From Candidatus Latescibacterota bacterium (GTDB lineage: Bacteria; Latescibacterota; UBA2968; GCA-2709665), in contig OZ242358.1 in the NCBI GenBank assembly GCA_965208835.1, forward strand, positions 2,112,001 to 2,176,000: DNA of 64,000 bases, read 5' to 3'. Positions 19,946-29,765 of this stretch are shown one piece after another (the stretch's first letter is position 1; the number at the start of each line of letters is the position of its first letter). A program made the position numbers and the translations under genes. Below the pieces are notes generated by a model. The model worked only from the letters and a program-made list of their open reading frames with translations. It was not told where the DNA came from and searched no databases.

Positions 19946-20936
19946 TCTGGCAACCGGATCGGGGCCGTTGTTTACAGATCCCGATCCCGAGGCGGCACGA
20001 CGGGTCTTCCGGAAGAAACGGGCGGCCTTTGAAGACAAGGTGACGACTGTCCGCGACGCGGTTTCACGATTCGTGAGAGACGGCGACTATGTCGCGTCCG
20101 GAGGGTTCGGCGCCAACCGGATTTCGACCGCCTGCATGCACGAGATCCTTCGGCAGGGCAGGAAGAATCTGGGTTTTGCCGGCCATACGACGACCCACGA
20201 CTTCGAAATCCTTTCCGCCGGCAACCGGAATGGCCGCAAGCTGCTGAACCGAGTGGATGCGGCCTATATCGTCGGTTTGGAGGCAAGGGGATTGTCGCCG
20301 CAGGCACGGCGCATGATGGAAAGCGGCGAAATCACCGTGTGCGAATGGACGAACTATGCCCTGGCGGCGCGTTTCCGGGCGGCGGCCGCGGGTGTTCCGT
20401 TTTTGCCAATGCGGAGCCTGCTTGGAACGGATACCTTCGAGCGCAGCGCTGCAAAGGAGATCGTGTGTCCGTTCACGGGACACAAGCTTCTGGCCGTGCC
20501 GGCGCTCTATCCCGATGTCTCGTTTATTCACGTACACGAGAGCGATCCCTGTGGGAACTCCCGGATTCGCGGCATCGCCGTGGCGGATTTCGATCTGGCG
20601 CGCGCCTCCAAACGGCTGGTCGTTACCACGGAGAGACTCGTCAGCACCGATGAGATCCGGCGGACGCCGGAAGCCACGGTGATTCCCGCGTTCTGTGTGG
20701 ACGCGGTCTGCGAGGTGCCGTTCGGTTCTTACCCGGGAAACATGGCGGGTGAGTACTTCTCGGACGAGGATCACCTTAAGGAATGGCTGGACGTCGAAAG
20801 GGATGAGGAGCGGTTCGAGGCCTTTCTTGAGAAAAATATCTATGGGGTGGCGTGTTTTGAGGAGTACGTGCGCCTTTGTGGCGGCTTGGAACGCCTGGAA
20901 GAACTGCGGCGTGTGGAGTTGCATCCGGAGTCATAG
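19938..20936 (+). CDS. CoA-transferase subunit A (glutaconate CoA-transferase-like)
   Basis: GDYVASGGF, FRAAAAGVPFLP, CPFTG, VPALYPDV, GNSRI, VPFGSYPG. Confidence 0.88.
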   Translation: MADLATGSGPLFTDPDPEAARRVFRKKRAAFEDKVTTVRDAVSRFVRDGDYVASGGFGANRISTACMHEILRQGRKNLGFAGHTTTHDFEILSAGNRNGRKLLNRVDAAYIVGLEARGLSPQARRMMESGEITVCEWTNYALAARFRAAAAGVPFLPMRSLLGTDTFERSAAKEIVCPFTGHKLLAVPALYPDVSFIHVHESDPCGNSRIRGIAVADFDLARASKRLVVTTERLVSTDEIRRTPEATVIPAFCVDAVCEVPFGSYPGNMAGEYFSDEDHLKEWLDVERDEERFEAFLEKNIYGVACFEEYVRLCGGLERLEELRRVELHPES

Positions 20937-21007
20937 CCCGCGGGGTGGCGGAGGGTTCCGGCGCTCTCCGTGTCGTTTCGGGACGACGAGGTCGAAGGGA
21001 ACTGTGC

Positions 21008-21775
21008 ATGCCTGAGTACAGCGCCACCGAACTGGCGATCTGCACTGCATCCAGAATGCTGGAGGACGGTGCGACCGTGGGCGTTGGAACCGGCGCGCCG
21101 TGCGCAACGGCGATGCTTGCGCAGAAACGGCACGCGCCGCATCTGCTCGTCGCGTTCGAAGCGGGAGGGCTCGCGCCCCTGTTGCCGTCCATGCCGATAT
21201 CGGTTGGGGATTCAAGGACATTCTATCGGGCGCAGATGGCGACCAGCATGGGCGACGTCATGGAGGCGTGCCAGCGGGGGATGATGGACTACGCATTCCT
21301 GGGCGGTGCCCAGATCGATCCGTTCGGTAATCTCAACTCAACGGTGATCGGCAATTACACACACCCCAGGGTACGGTTTCCGGGAAGCGGCGGCGGCAAC
21401 GACTTCGCCAGTTTGTGCTGGCGCACGATGGTGATGACGCAACACGATCGGAGGCGGTTCGTGGAGCGGCTGGATTTCTTGACGACCCCGGGCTTCCTTT
21501 CAGGTCCGGGCGCCCGGGAGGCGGCAGGGTTGCCCGGCGGGGGCGGACCCCACAAGGTGATTACGGATCTGGCGGTAATGGGGTATGATCCCGAATCCTG
21601 CCGGATGCGGGTCGAGAGTCTGCATCCGGGGGTCACGTTCGAAACGGTTCAGGAAAACACCGGATTCGAATTGCTGCCGGCGCCTCAGGTGCGCGAAACG
21701 GCGCCGCCGGACGACGAGGAACTGCGCATCCTCAGGGAAGAGGTGGATCCCTACAGGTACATAATCGGCAGATGA
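21008..21775 (+). CDS. CoA-transferase subunit B
   Basis: VGTGAP, FEAG, FLGGAQIDPFGNLNST, PGSGGGND, LDFLTTPG, TGFEL; start placed at ATG 21008. Confidence 0.9.
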   Translation: MPEYSATELAICTASRMLEDGATVGVGTGAPCATAMLAQKRHAPHLLVAFEAGGLAPLLPSMPISVGDSRTFYRAQMATSMGDVMEACQRGMMDYAFLGGAQIDPFGNLNSTVIGNYTHPRVRFPGSGGGNDFASLCWRTMVMTQHDRRRFVERLDFLTTPGFLSGPGAREAAGLPGGGGPHKVITDLAVMGYDPESCRMRVESLHPGVTFETVQENTGFELLPAPQVRETAPPDDEELRILREEVDPYRYIIGR

Positions 21776-21791
21776 ACCGCGGAGGCTTCGT

Positions 21792-22655
21792 ATGTCATCA
21801 GTAAAGGAGATTTACCGGTTCGACGAGTTGACGTGGCCGGAGGTGAACGAGGCGGTCGCGATGGGGAAGATACCCATTGTCCCTACCGGATCCGTGGAAC
21901 AGCACGGGCACCATCTTCCGCTGAAGGTGGATCATCTCTGTGCCAATGCGGTGGCAACGGAGGCCGCACGGCGGAAGCCGGAGTTTAGCCTGGTATTGCC
22001 GCCGGTCAGCTACGGTTACGTTCACCACGTGATGGACTTTCCGGGGTCATTGAATATTCACTTCGAGCATTTTATCCAGTATGTGCTGGATATTTGCAAG
22101 AGTCTGGCCTATCATGGATTCAAGAAGATGATTCTGGTTAACGGGCACGGATCCAATCATAACCTTGTAGACATGGTGGCCAGGCGCACAATCGTCGAGA
22201 CGGATGCCAGTTGCGTATTCTGTTCCTGGTGGGAGTTGTTGAGGGTGAATCCGGACTTCGACAAGGAATGGCGCGAAAGCGTGTTCCCCGGCGGCTGCGC
22301 CCATGCGGGCGAGCTGGAGACGTCGATGATGCTGCACCTCGCGCCCGATAGTGTACGCAAGGACCGGATCAGGAGTGAAATCGCCAAAACGAACAAACTG
22401 GGATCGAAATTCGTCTGGACGGACCTGTTCTCCAAGGGAGCGATGGGTCTGATCGAGTGGACGAGCCAGTATACGGACAGCGGCGTGATGGGTGAGGCCG
22501 AAAAGGCCACAGCGGAAAAAGGGAGGGTCGTCTTTGAAGAGGCCAGCAGCAATCTGGCGGAGTTCATCGAGGAATACCACGGGATGAAGATTGCCGACCG
22601 TACGAAACACCAGGCAAATGTGCCGACATTTCCGCTGTCGTATCCTACAGATTAG
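21792..22655 (+). CDS. Creatininase family amidohydrolase
   Basis: PTGSVEQHGHHLPLKVD, VNGHGSN, HAGELETS, SGVMG; GGAGG RBS. Confidence 0.92.
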   Translation: MSSVKEIYRFDELTWPEVNEAVAMGKIPIVPTGSVEQHGHHLPLKVDHLCANAVATEAARRKPEFSLVLPPVSYGYVHHVMDFPGSLNIHFEHFIQYVLDICKSLAYHGFKKMILVNGHGSNHNLVDMVARRTIVETDASCVFCSWWELLRVNPDFDKEWRESVFPGGCAHAGELETSMMLHLAPDSVRKDRIRSEIAKTNKLGSKFVWTDLFSKGAMGLIEWTSQYTDSGVMGEAEKATAEKGRVVFEEASSNLAEFIEEYHGMKIADRTKHQANVPTFPLSYPTD

Positions 22656-22811
22656 CCGTAATTCGAAAGAGGATATCCGTTAAATTGGCCACAATGAGCG
22701 CAAAAGCACAAAAAGCACAGAAGGCGACGGTACGAATCGTCGCGGCCTGTCCATCCTGTTTATCCATGTGAGTTTTCGTTTCTGAATTAATCGGGTTAAA
22801 GGAGGTGCGGA

Positions 22812-23780
22812 ATGAAGCTCGTTACGTATGGTATCGGTAGAGACCGCTACGTAGGGTCCGTCGCGGCGGATGGCCGAATCGTCGTGGATCTCGCGGCCGC
22901 GGAAGGAGAACTGGCCGGCGGCCAGGGCCGGGAAGCGCGCGGATATTTCAGCGATATGCTCGCGTTGCTCGATGCGGGCGGGGCCGGTCTGCGCGCGGCG
23001 AAACAGGTAACGCGATTCGCAGAGGGCCGGCTTGGCGGGGACGCGGACGGGCGGCTCGGCCACCCGATCGGCAAGGTGCGGCTCAAGGCGCCCGTGCCGA
23101 ATCCCCGCAAGGTGTTCTGCCTCGCGGGCAACTATCAGGACCACATTGAAGAAGGCGGGGGAAAAATAGCCATCCAGGACAAGGAAACGCCCCGCGTATT
23201 CATGAAGCCGCCGTCTACGACCGTAATCGGCCCCGGAGACCGCATCCTGATTCCGCCAGTCGCCAGGTCGATCGACTGGGAGGGGGAGTTGGCCGTCGTG
23301 ATGGGACGCAAGGCGAAAGCCGTCAAGGCGGAAGAGGCGCTGAAATACGTGGCCGGATATACCATCATGAACGACGTCTCGGAACGGGACCTGGTTATCA
23401 AGGAACGCACCGACAGCCGCGAACGCGACATGTGGTTCGACTGGCTGAACGGAAAGTGGCTGGATACGTTCGGGCCCCAGGGGCCGTGGATCGTGACCTC
23501 GGACGAGATTCAGGATCCGCAGTCGCTGGAGATCAGCACCTACGTGAACGGCGAGAGAAAACAGAACAACAACACGGGGCAGATGTTATACCCTGTCGAT
23601 ATGATCATCGAATATATCTCGGCGATCATCACACTCGAACCGGGCGACCTGATCAGCACCGGCACGATTTCCGGAGTGGGCGCGACCACGGGGACCTTCA
23701 TGAAGCCCGGTGACCGCGTGGAAATCGAAATCTCGGGAATCGGTGTCTTGCGGAATGGGGTGGCGGCAAGCAAATGGTGA
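22812..23780 (+). CDS. Fumarylacetoacetate hydrolase family protein
   Basis: LAGNYQDH, FMKP, DWEGELAVV, NDVSERD, GKWLDTFGPQGP, GDLISTGT; AAGGAGGT RBS. Confidence 0.92.
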   Translation: MKLVTYGIGRDRYVGSVAADGRIVVDLAAAEGELAGGQGREARGYFSDMLALLDAGGAGLRAAKQVTRFAEGRLGGDADGRLGHPIGKVRLKAPVPNPRKVFCLAGNYQDHIEEGGGKIAIQDKETPRVFMKPPSTTVIGPGDRILIPPVARSIDWEGELAVVMGRKAKAVKAEEALKYVAGYTIMNDVSERDLVIKERTDSRERDMWFDWLNGKWLDTFGPQGPWIVTSDEIQDPQSLEISTYVNGERKQNNNTGQMLYPVDMIIEYISAIITLEPGDLISTGTISGVGATTGTFMKPGDRVEIEISGIGVLRNGVAASKW

Positions 23781-23855
23781 CCGGTTGACGCGGACCCCGG
23801 TAATGTTCGTCGTGCAGGGCGAGGTGCCAATTTTGAAAATCCCGGGAATGGTGAT

Positions 23856-24887
23856 ATGGACGCAAGGAGCAAACGCAAGATCAACTGGTACCGTTGCCCG
23901 CTGGACCGTGAGACGCTGAACGCATTGAATCGGCGCAGCGACTCGCTGGGGTTCCTGCAGACCCTGGGCCACCTCGGCGTACTCACGCTCACCGGTGCGT
24001 CTGCCTGGTATGCATCTGAACATCTTGCGCCGCCCTTCCTGATCCTGGCTCTTTTTCTGCACGGTACCGGCTACGCGTTTTTGTTGAACGGGTTTCACGA
24101 GTTCTGTCACGGCACCGTGTTCCGATCGAGGTGGTTGAACGTGGTGTTTCTCAAGGTCTTCAGTTTCATGGGCTGGTACAATCCCGTATTCTTCTGGACC
24201 AGCCACTCCAAGCACCACCAGTTCACCCTTCATCCTCCGGACGATATGGAAGTTGTCCTGCCGGTGGAAATAACGCTCAGGAGCTTTCTCAAGGCCGCGG
24301 TGGTCAATCCATGGGGTTTGTACAACAGACTGAAGGGTGTGGTCCGGTTGAGCCTGGGCAAACTGGAGGGTCCATGGGAGCGTGTGCTGTTTCCCGAGTC
24401 TGAACCCGCGCTGCGGCGACGCCTGTTCAACTGGGCCCGCATCCTGCTTGCGGGGCACGCGGTGCTTGCTGGCGTATCGATCTATTTCGGATTGTGGATG
24501 CTTCCGCTGCTGGTCACGCTGGCTCCCTTCTACGGCGGGTGGCTTCTCTTCCTCTGCAACAACACGCAGCACGTCGGACTTCAGGACAACGTGCCTGACT
24601 TCCGGTTGAACAGCCGGACGGTCATTCTGAACCCGCTGTTCCGTTTTCTCTATTGGCATATGAACTACCACATCGAACATCACATGTACGCCGCGGTACC
24701 CTGCTATCGCCTGGGGAAACTGCACAGGCTGATCGTGGCGGACATGCCCCGGTGCCCCGTCGGCCTCCTCTCTTGCTGGAAGGAGATAATCGGCATTCTC
24801 AAAAAGCAGAAAGCGGACTCCGGATACCAGTTTACGGCTGAACTGCCCGCGCGGGTGGACGGTTACGATCCAAGGCCCGCGGATTGA
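23856..24887 (+). CDS. Fatty acid desaturase family membrane di-iron enzyme
   Basis: His boxes HEFCH, HSKHH, TQH, HIEHH plus TM segments. Confidence 0.88.
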   Translation: MDARSKRKINWYRCPLDRETLNALNRRSDSLGFLQTLGHLGVLTLTGASAWYASEHLAPPFLILALFLHGTGYAFLLNGFHEFCHGTVFRSRWLNVVFLKVFSFMGWYNPVFFWTSHSKHHQFTLHPPDDMEVVLPVEITLRSFLKAAVVNPWGLYNRLKGVVRLSLGKLEGPWERVLFPESEPALRRRLFNWARILLAGHAVLAGVSIYFGLWMLPLLVTLAPFYGGWLLFLCNNTQHVGLQDNVPDFRLNSRTVILNPLFRFLYWHMNYHIEHHMYAAVPCYRLGKLHRLIVADMPRCPVGLLSCWKEIIGILKKQKADSGYQFTAELPARVDGYDPRPAD

Positions 24888-24899
24888 CCTCCTCCATAA

Positions 24900-25061
24900 G
24901 AAGCTGTTTTAAAATTCCCAGCGGTCTTCGCGCGGCTGCAAAAGCGCCGGTCGGCGTTGGTCAAATCCACCCGTATAGACAAATATGGGCGGATTTTCCC
25001 GCCTTGACCGCCACTTTTTCGCTCGCGCTCGGGAACTCACCGGTAGTTTTAAAACAGCTTC
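24900..25061. mobile_element. MITE family A, copy 2 (162 bp)
   Basis: TIRs GAAGCTGTTTTAAAA / TTTTAAAACAGCTTC; TAA direct repeat on both sides. Confidence 0.9.
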
Positions 25062-25096
25062 TAAGCGACACAACCCCTGAGAGAACAATCGACACC

Positions 25097-26290
25097 GTGG
25101 CCGATCGCCCCAAAATTGCCGCCGTTGTTACCGAGTACCGCAAGTACTCCCACGCCCAGCACATTTGCGACCGCTTTCTCGAAGGATACGGTTGGAACGG
25201 CCGCCATCACATCCCGCCGATGGACCTCGTCTCTCTGTACGTGGACCAGCGGCCGGAAGGCGACCTGAGCGAGGAGCGGGCAGCGCGCTTCCCCGGTTTG
25301 TCGATTTTTCCAACGGTGGCCGACGCGCTCACCCTGGGCGGACCGGAACTGGCCGTTGACGGCGTTCTGCTCGTCGGTGAGCACGGGGAGTACGGCACCA
25401 ATGAAAAGGGTCAGCTCCTCTATCCGCGTTACGAACTGTTCAAGCAGATCGCCGCCGTTTACCGCACGTCGGGCAGGAGCGCACCGGTATTCAATGACAA
25501 GCATCTGTCGTGGCGTTGGGAATGGGCGCGGGAGATGTACGATGTTTCACGGGAGATGGGCTTCGCCTTTATGGCGGGCTCGTCGCTTCCTGTGACGTGG
25601 CGCACACCCTCCATCGACATGCCGCTGGGCGCCCGCGTGGCGGAAGCCATGTGCATCGGATACGGCGGGGTGGACACATACGACTTCCACGCTCTCGAGA
25701 CACTGCAGTGCATGGTCGAACGGCGGCGGGGGGGCGAGACCGGCGTGCGCTGGATCGACACGTACCGGGGCGAACGCTTCTGGGCCGCCCACCATAGTCG
25801 TGTGTGGTCACGTGAGCTGTTCGAAGCCTGTCTGTCTCGCAGCCATACGCTCGCGCAACCGCGACCGGGGTTCAGTCACGTGTTACCGACCCTGGACGAA
25901 ATGAAGTCGCTCGAGGATGACCCTGTTGCCTACCAGTACGAACACAACGACGGCTTGATATCAACCATGATTCTGCTGAACGGCGTCGTGCGGGACTTCA
26001 ATTTCGCCGCGTACCTGCAGGGACGGGACAAACCCCTCTCCACCCAGATGTACCTGCCTATGCCACCCGCGTACACAACGCTGGCGAACTTCTTCTCGCC
26101 CCAGGTCAACAACGTGGAACAGATGTTCCTCAGCGGAATAGCCACGTACCCCGTCGAACGGACGCTGCTCACCACCGGACTCGTGGCTGCGGGCGTGGAC
26201 AGCCTGAACAGCGGCCAGTCCCGCGTTCAGACGCCGCACCTCAACGTGATCTATTCACCCAATCCCGAGTCAACCTACTGGAGAACGTAA
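25097..26290 (+). CDS. Uncharacterised protein, possible distant Gfo/Idh/MocA-like oxidoreductase (paralog 1)
   Basis: SHAQHI, VDGVLLVGEHGEY, PVFNDKHLS, AGSSLP, YDFHALE, YPVERTL; start is GTG 25097 or TTG 24884 (the latter reads through the MITE). Confidence 0.75.
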   Translation: MADRPKIAAVVTEYRKYSHAQHICDRFLEGYGWNGRHHIPPMDLVSLYVDQRPEGDLSEERAARFPGLSIFPTVADALTLGGPELAVDGVLLVGEHGEYGTNEKGQLLYPRYELFKQIAAVYRTSGRSAPVFNDKHLSWRWEWAREMYDVSREMGFAFMAGSSLPVTWRTPSIDMPLGARVAEAMCIGYGGVDTYDFHALETLQCMVERRRGGETGVRWIDTYRGERFWAAHHSRVWSRELFEACLSRSHTLAQPRPGFSHVLPTLDEMKSLEDDPVAYQYEHNDGLISTMILLNGVVRDFNFAAYLQGRDKPLSTQMYLPMPPAYTTLANFFSPQVNNVEQMFLSGIATYPVERTLLTTGLVAAGVDSLNSGQSRVQTPHLNVIYSPNPESTYWRT

Positions 26291-27505
26291 GTGTCGCATC
26301 TCGAAGTGCGGAACGCGACGGGCGGCGCGCCCAGGCGCGTCGCCGTCATCGCTACCATATATCGCTATCTTTCCCACGCGCAGCACATCGCGGACCGGTT
26401 CGTGGTCGGGTACCCGTATGAAGGACATTGGCGGCAGCCCGGCACGCGCATTGTGTCTCTCTATGTCGACCAGAAGCCGGAGGGCGACCAGAGCGAAGAC
26501 CGTGCGAGGGAGTTCGGGTATGACGTTTACGACACCATATCCGGGGCGCTGCGCTGCGGCACGGACAGGCTGGCGGTGGATGCGGTGCTGATCATCGGCG
26601 AGCACGGCGAGTACCCGAGTAACGACAAGGGGCAGAAACTCTATCCGAGGTATGAGTTTTTCAGGGAATGCGTCGACGTCTTCGAACAGGACGGTGTTTC
26701 CGTGCCGGTGTTCAACGACAAGCACCTCTCCTACAGCTTCGAAAGAGCCAGCGAAATGGTGGCTGATTCCCGCCGGATCGGCTTTCCGCTTCTGGCTGGA
26801 TCGTCCCTGCCGGTGGCCTTCCGGCTTCCCGACGTGGAACTTCCCCTGGAATGTCATATTCGGGAAGCCTTTATGGTGGGTGTTGGCAGTTCCGACGCGA
26901 TGGACTACCACGCCCTCGAGGCCATGCAGTGCATGGTCGAACGCCGGAAGGGCGGGGAAACCGGCGTCAGGGCCGTGCAAATGATCGAAGGTGACGCGGT
27001 CTGGCGTGCAGGCGACGAAGGCCGCTGGTCGCGGGACCTGCTGGAGGGAGCCCTTTCGCGCAGCGATTCGCCCTGCGGGCTGCCCGAAGAAGATGGCCGT
27101 ACCCGGGACATCCTCGGCGCCGGAGAGCTGCAGGGTCTCACGAAGAATCCCGCCGCCTACTTTATCGAGTACCGAGACGGCTTGAGGGCGACCCTGCTCA
27201 TGCTGAACGGGGCCGTGCGAGATTACTGCTTTGCCGCGCGGGTGGACGGATACGACACCCCGGTATCCACCCAGTTTCTGCTGACGCCCACGCCGAATGT
27301 CACCTATTCGGCCAGCCTGGTCCACAAGATCGTGGAAATGATCGAAAGCGGGAAAGCGCCCTACCCGCCTGAACGTACGCTCATCGTCTGCGGCATTCTC
27401 GAAGCCTGTCTCACTTCCAGGTTGCGGGGGCAGCTGCGTCTTGAGACACCCGACATCGACGTGACCTACACGGCGCCGGCGGAGTCACATCACGCGCGGG
27501 CGTGA
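26291..27505 (+). CDS. Uncharacterised protein, tandem paralog of the upstream gene
   Basis: Shares SHAQHI, IGEHGEY, PVFNDKHLS, AGSSLP, HALEAMQCMVERRKGGETGV, YPPERTL; starts immediately after the upstream stop. Confidence 0.8.
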   Translation: MSHLEVRNATGGAPRRVAVIATIYRYLSHAQHIADRFVVGYPYEGHWRQPGTRIVSLYVDQKPEGDQSEDRAREFGYDVYDTISGALRCGTDRLAVDAVLIIGEHGEYPSNDKGQKLYPRYEFFRECVDVFEQDGVSVPVFNDKHLSYSFERASEMVADSRRIGFPLLAGSSLPVAFRLPDVELPLECHIREAFMVGVGSSDAMDYHALEAMQCMVERRKGGETGVRAVQMIEGDAVWRAGDEGRWSRDLLEGALSRSDSPCGLPEEDGRTRDILGAGELQGLTKNPAAYFIEYRDGLRATLLMLNGAVRDYCFAARVDGYDTPVSTQFLLTPTPNVTYSASLVHKIVEMIESGKAPYPPERTLIVCGILEACLTSRLRGQLRLETPDIDVTYTAPAESHHARA

Positions 27506-27529
27506 CGATCACGGCCGTCGGTTCTTGGT

Positions 27530-27563
27530 CCCGGGCAGGCAAAAGGCTTGCCCGGGTTTCTTT
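27530..27563 (+). terminator. Intrinsic terminator
   Basis: cccgggcaggc-aaaag-gcttgcccggg followed by tttcttt. Confidence 0.75.
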
Positions 27564-27666
27564 GTTGTCTCAAGGATTTCTGCTGCGAAGCTGCGTGTAA
27601 TTTCGTAGTTTGTTGAAATTCGGCCGCCGACTTTCGAAAGGTATTCGAACACACGGGAGGTATGCC

Positions 27667-28764
27667 ATGAAAATGCAGGCGTCGGTACTGTTGGAGCCGC
27701 TCGAGCCCCTGGTCGTGGAGGACCTGGACCTGGAAGGGCCGAAACAGGACGAAGTCATGGTGCGGATGGTGGCCAGCGGGGTCTGTCACAGTTGCCTGCA
27801 CGTTGTTGACGGGGGCTGGAAAGGGTTTCCGATGCCGATGGTGCTGGGTGACGAAGGGGCCGGCGTGGTGGAGGAGGTGGGCCCCGGTGTGACGCACGTA
27901 AAGCCGGGCGATCACGTGATCCTTTCGTGGTCGCCGACCTGTGGCCGTTGTCACTATTGCGTTACCGGACTTTCGCACCTTTGCGAGCGCGGCGTGCCCT
28001 CCAACGGCGTGTTGATGGATGGTACCTCGAGAATGAAATTGCGCGGGGAAACGGTCTACCACTATGGGCCGGCGTGCAGCTTTTCGTCCTATTCGGTAAT
28101 GCCGGCGTCGTGCGCCGTACCCATTCGCGACGATATGCCGCTCGACGTGGCCGCGTTGATCGGGTGTTCCGTGATGACGGGCGTGGGCTCGGTGATCAAC
28201 ACCGCCGCGGTGAGGCCGGGGGCGAGCATGGCGGTTTTCGGATCGGGTGGAATCGGCCTGAACGCGGTCCAGGGTGGAACGCTGGTGCAGGCCCACCCCA
28301 TCATTGCCGTGGACATCAACCCCGCGAAGCTCGAATACGCGAAATCGTTCGGCGCCACCCACACGATCAACGCCGCCGAGGAGGATCCCGTGGAGGCGAT
28401 CCGCGACCTGACGGGTCGAGGCGCCGACTACTCCTTCGTGGCCGTGGGTGAGCCTCGGGTGATCAACCAGGCATGGGATTGCCTGGCGTCCAGGGGCCAG
28501 TGCGTGCTGATCGGATTGCCGCCAACCGGATCCACGGTAACGTTCGATACCGGGAACCTCCAGTCCAACGAGCGGATCATGCGGGGCTCCAGATACGGAA
28601 GCGCGAGAACGTGGGACGACTTTCCACGGATGGTGGAGCTCTATCTGGCAGGCAAACTCAAGATCGACGAACTGGTGACGCGGAAATACGGCGTGGACGA
28701 AGCGAACGAGGCCTTCGATGCGCTCGTGGCAGGGGAAGTGGCCCGGGGTCTGATCGTCTTCTGA
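27667..28764 (+). CDS. Zn-dependent alcohol dehydrogenase (class III-like MDR)
   Basis: GVCHS, LGDEGAG (usual GHE is GDE), CGRCHYC..C, GCSVMTG, GSGGIG; GGGAGG RBS before ATG 27667. Confidence 0.9.
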   Translation: MKMQASVLLEPLEPLVVEDLDLEGPKQDEVMVRMVASGVCHSCLHVVDGGWKGFPMPMVLGDEGAGVVEEVGPGVTHVKPGDHVILSWSPTCGRCHYCVTGLSHLCERGVPSNGVLMDGTSRMKLRGETVYHYGPACSFSSYSVMPASCAVPIRDDMPLDVAALIGCSVMTGVGSVINTAAVRPGASMAVFGSGGIGLNAVQGGTLVQAHPIIAVDINPAKLEYAKSFGATHTINAAEEDPVEAIRDLTGRGADYSFVAVGEPRVINQAWDCLASRGQCVLIGLPPTGSTVTFDTGNLQSNERIMRGSRYGSARTWDDFPRMVELYLAGKLKIDELVTRKYGVDEANEAFDALVAGEVARGLIVF

Positions 28765-28829
28765 TCGGGTTGCCCCACAGTTTTCCGCGAAGCCGGTCTC
28801 CGATCGACTTCCTTGTCCCTTCAACCCGT

Positions 28830-29765
28830 CTATTCGTTCGATCGGTCGTCGCGCCAGGACGGCTCGGTCCATGTGTTGAACCAGTTCCACTTCCAGAGGA
28901 CCCGCTTCGAGGGCAGTTCGACTTCGTATTCCACTCCGGCCGTGAAAGGCAGAACGCGGGTCCTGTTTCCCACGGCTTCCCGAATCCATTCGATGAACGC
29001 GCCCGCGTCCGTGACGTCGGGCGGCCAGGTCCCGTGCGGGATCGGGTCGGACACGCGGTCGGTTCGATAGTGGATGGGTATAAGGAACTCCGGATCGACG
29101 GCGTCGATGCATTGAAGGAGTTTGTCCGTGCGGTCCTCGCCGCCCCATTCCGTCAGGCCCAACTTCATGTGGATGAGATAGGTGACCCTGCCGCGGAGTT
29201 TCTCGAGTGCGCGGTACGGTTCGGTGAGATCCCCAGTGTGCAGGAAGGAGACGCCGAGATCCCGCACCGTAACGAGGTATCCGCAGTTCGGCAGGTCGGG
29301 TCTCTGGTTTTCTCCGCTTTCGATGATGTCCACCTGAATGGCCCCGAGGTCCAGCTCGAAGGGACCGGGAAAGCTCCGGGACTCCCCGCCGACGTGGCTC
29401 AGGTGCCGTGGGAAGACCACCTGTACGAGATTCGGGTCCAGGTATTTGGTGATGGGGAGGTCCCGGTCGAACGCGGCATCGCGGTATTTTTCGTCCACGG
29501 GTAGATCGGGGTCGCAGCAACCGGGGCTGACAAAGATTTTCTTGAAGCGATCGCCGCGGCAGAGCCGGCGAAGCGTTCCCGGGTGGCAGTGATCGAAGTG
29601 TTCGTGGCTGATGAAGATATAGTCGAAATCAGGCGAAGCGCAGGTCAGATGCTCTCCGAACAGGTAGGGGTCGAAGGCGAAGTTGACCGCGTCCGTACGC
29701 ACTTCGAAACCGCCGCAACCGGTCCATTTGAGAAAAATCGGTTTCATCGAAGAGTCACTTGGCAT
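28830..29765 (-). CDS. MBL-fold metallo-hydrolase (UlaG-like)
   Basis: FDPY, SHEHFDHC (HxHxDH), HTGD, IPIHY. Confidence 0.85.
   Translation of the reverse strand: MPSDSSMKPIFLKWTGCGGFEVRTDAVNFAFDPYLFGEHLTCASPDFDYIFISHEHFDHCHPGTLRRLCRGDRFKKIFVSPGCCDPDLPVDEKYRDAAFDRDLPITKYLDPNLVQVVFPRHLSHVGGESRSFPGPFELDLGAIQVDIIESGENQRPDLPNCGYLVTVRDLGVSFLHTGDLTEPYRALEKLRGRVTYLIHMKLGLTEWGGEDRTDKLLQCIDAVDPEFLIPIHYRTDRVSDPIPHGTWPPDVTDAGAFIEWIREAVGNRTRVLPFTAGVEYEVELPSKRVLWKWNWFNTWTEPSWRDDRSNE

Noticed and set aside
22685-22775. Short low-complexity repeats (agcacaaaaagcacag; tccatcctgtttatccatgtg) with faint echoes near 9125 and 42600
   Set aside because: Too short and degenerate to define a repeat family from this window alone.
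27490-29520. 676-aa minus-strand ORF
   Set aside because: Shadow of the ADH gene plus an alternative frame of the MBL gene; no recognisable domain.
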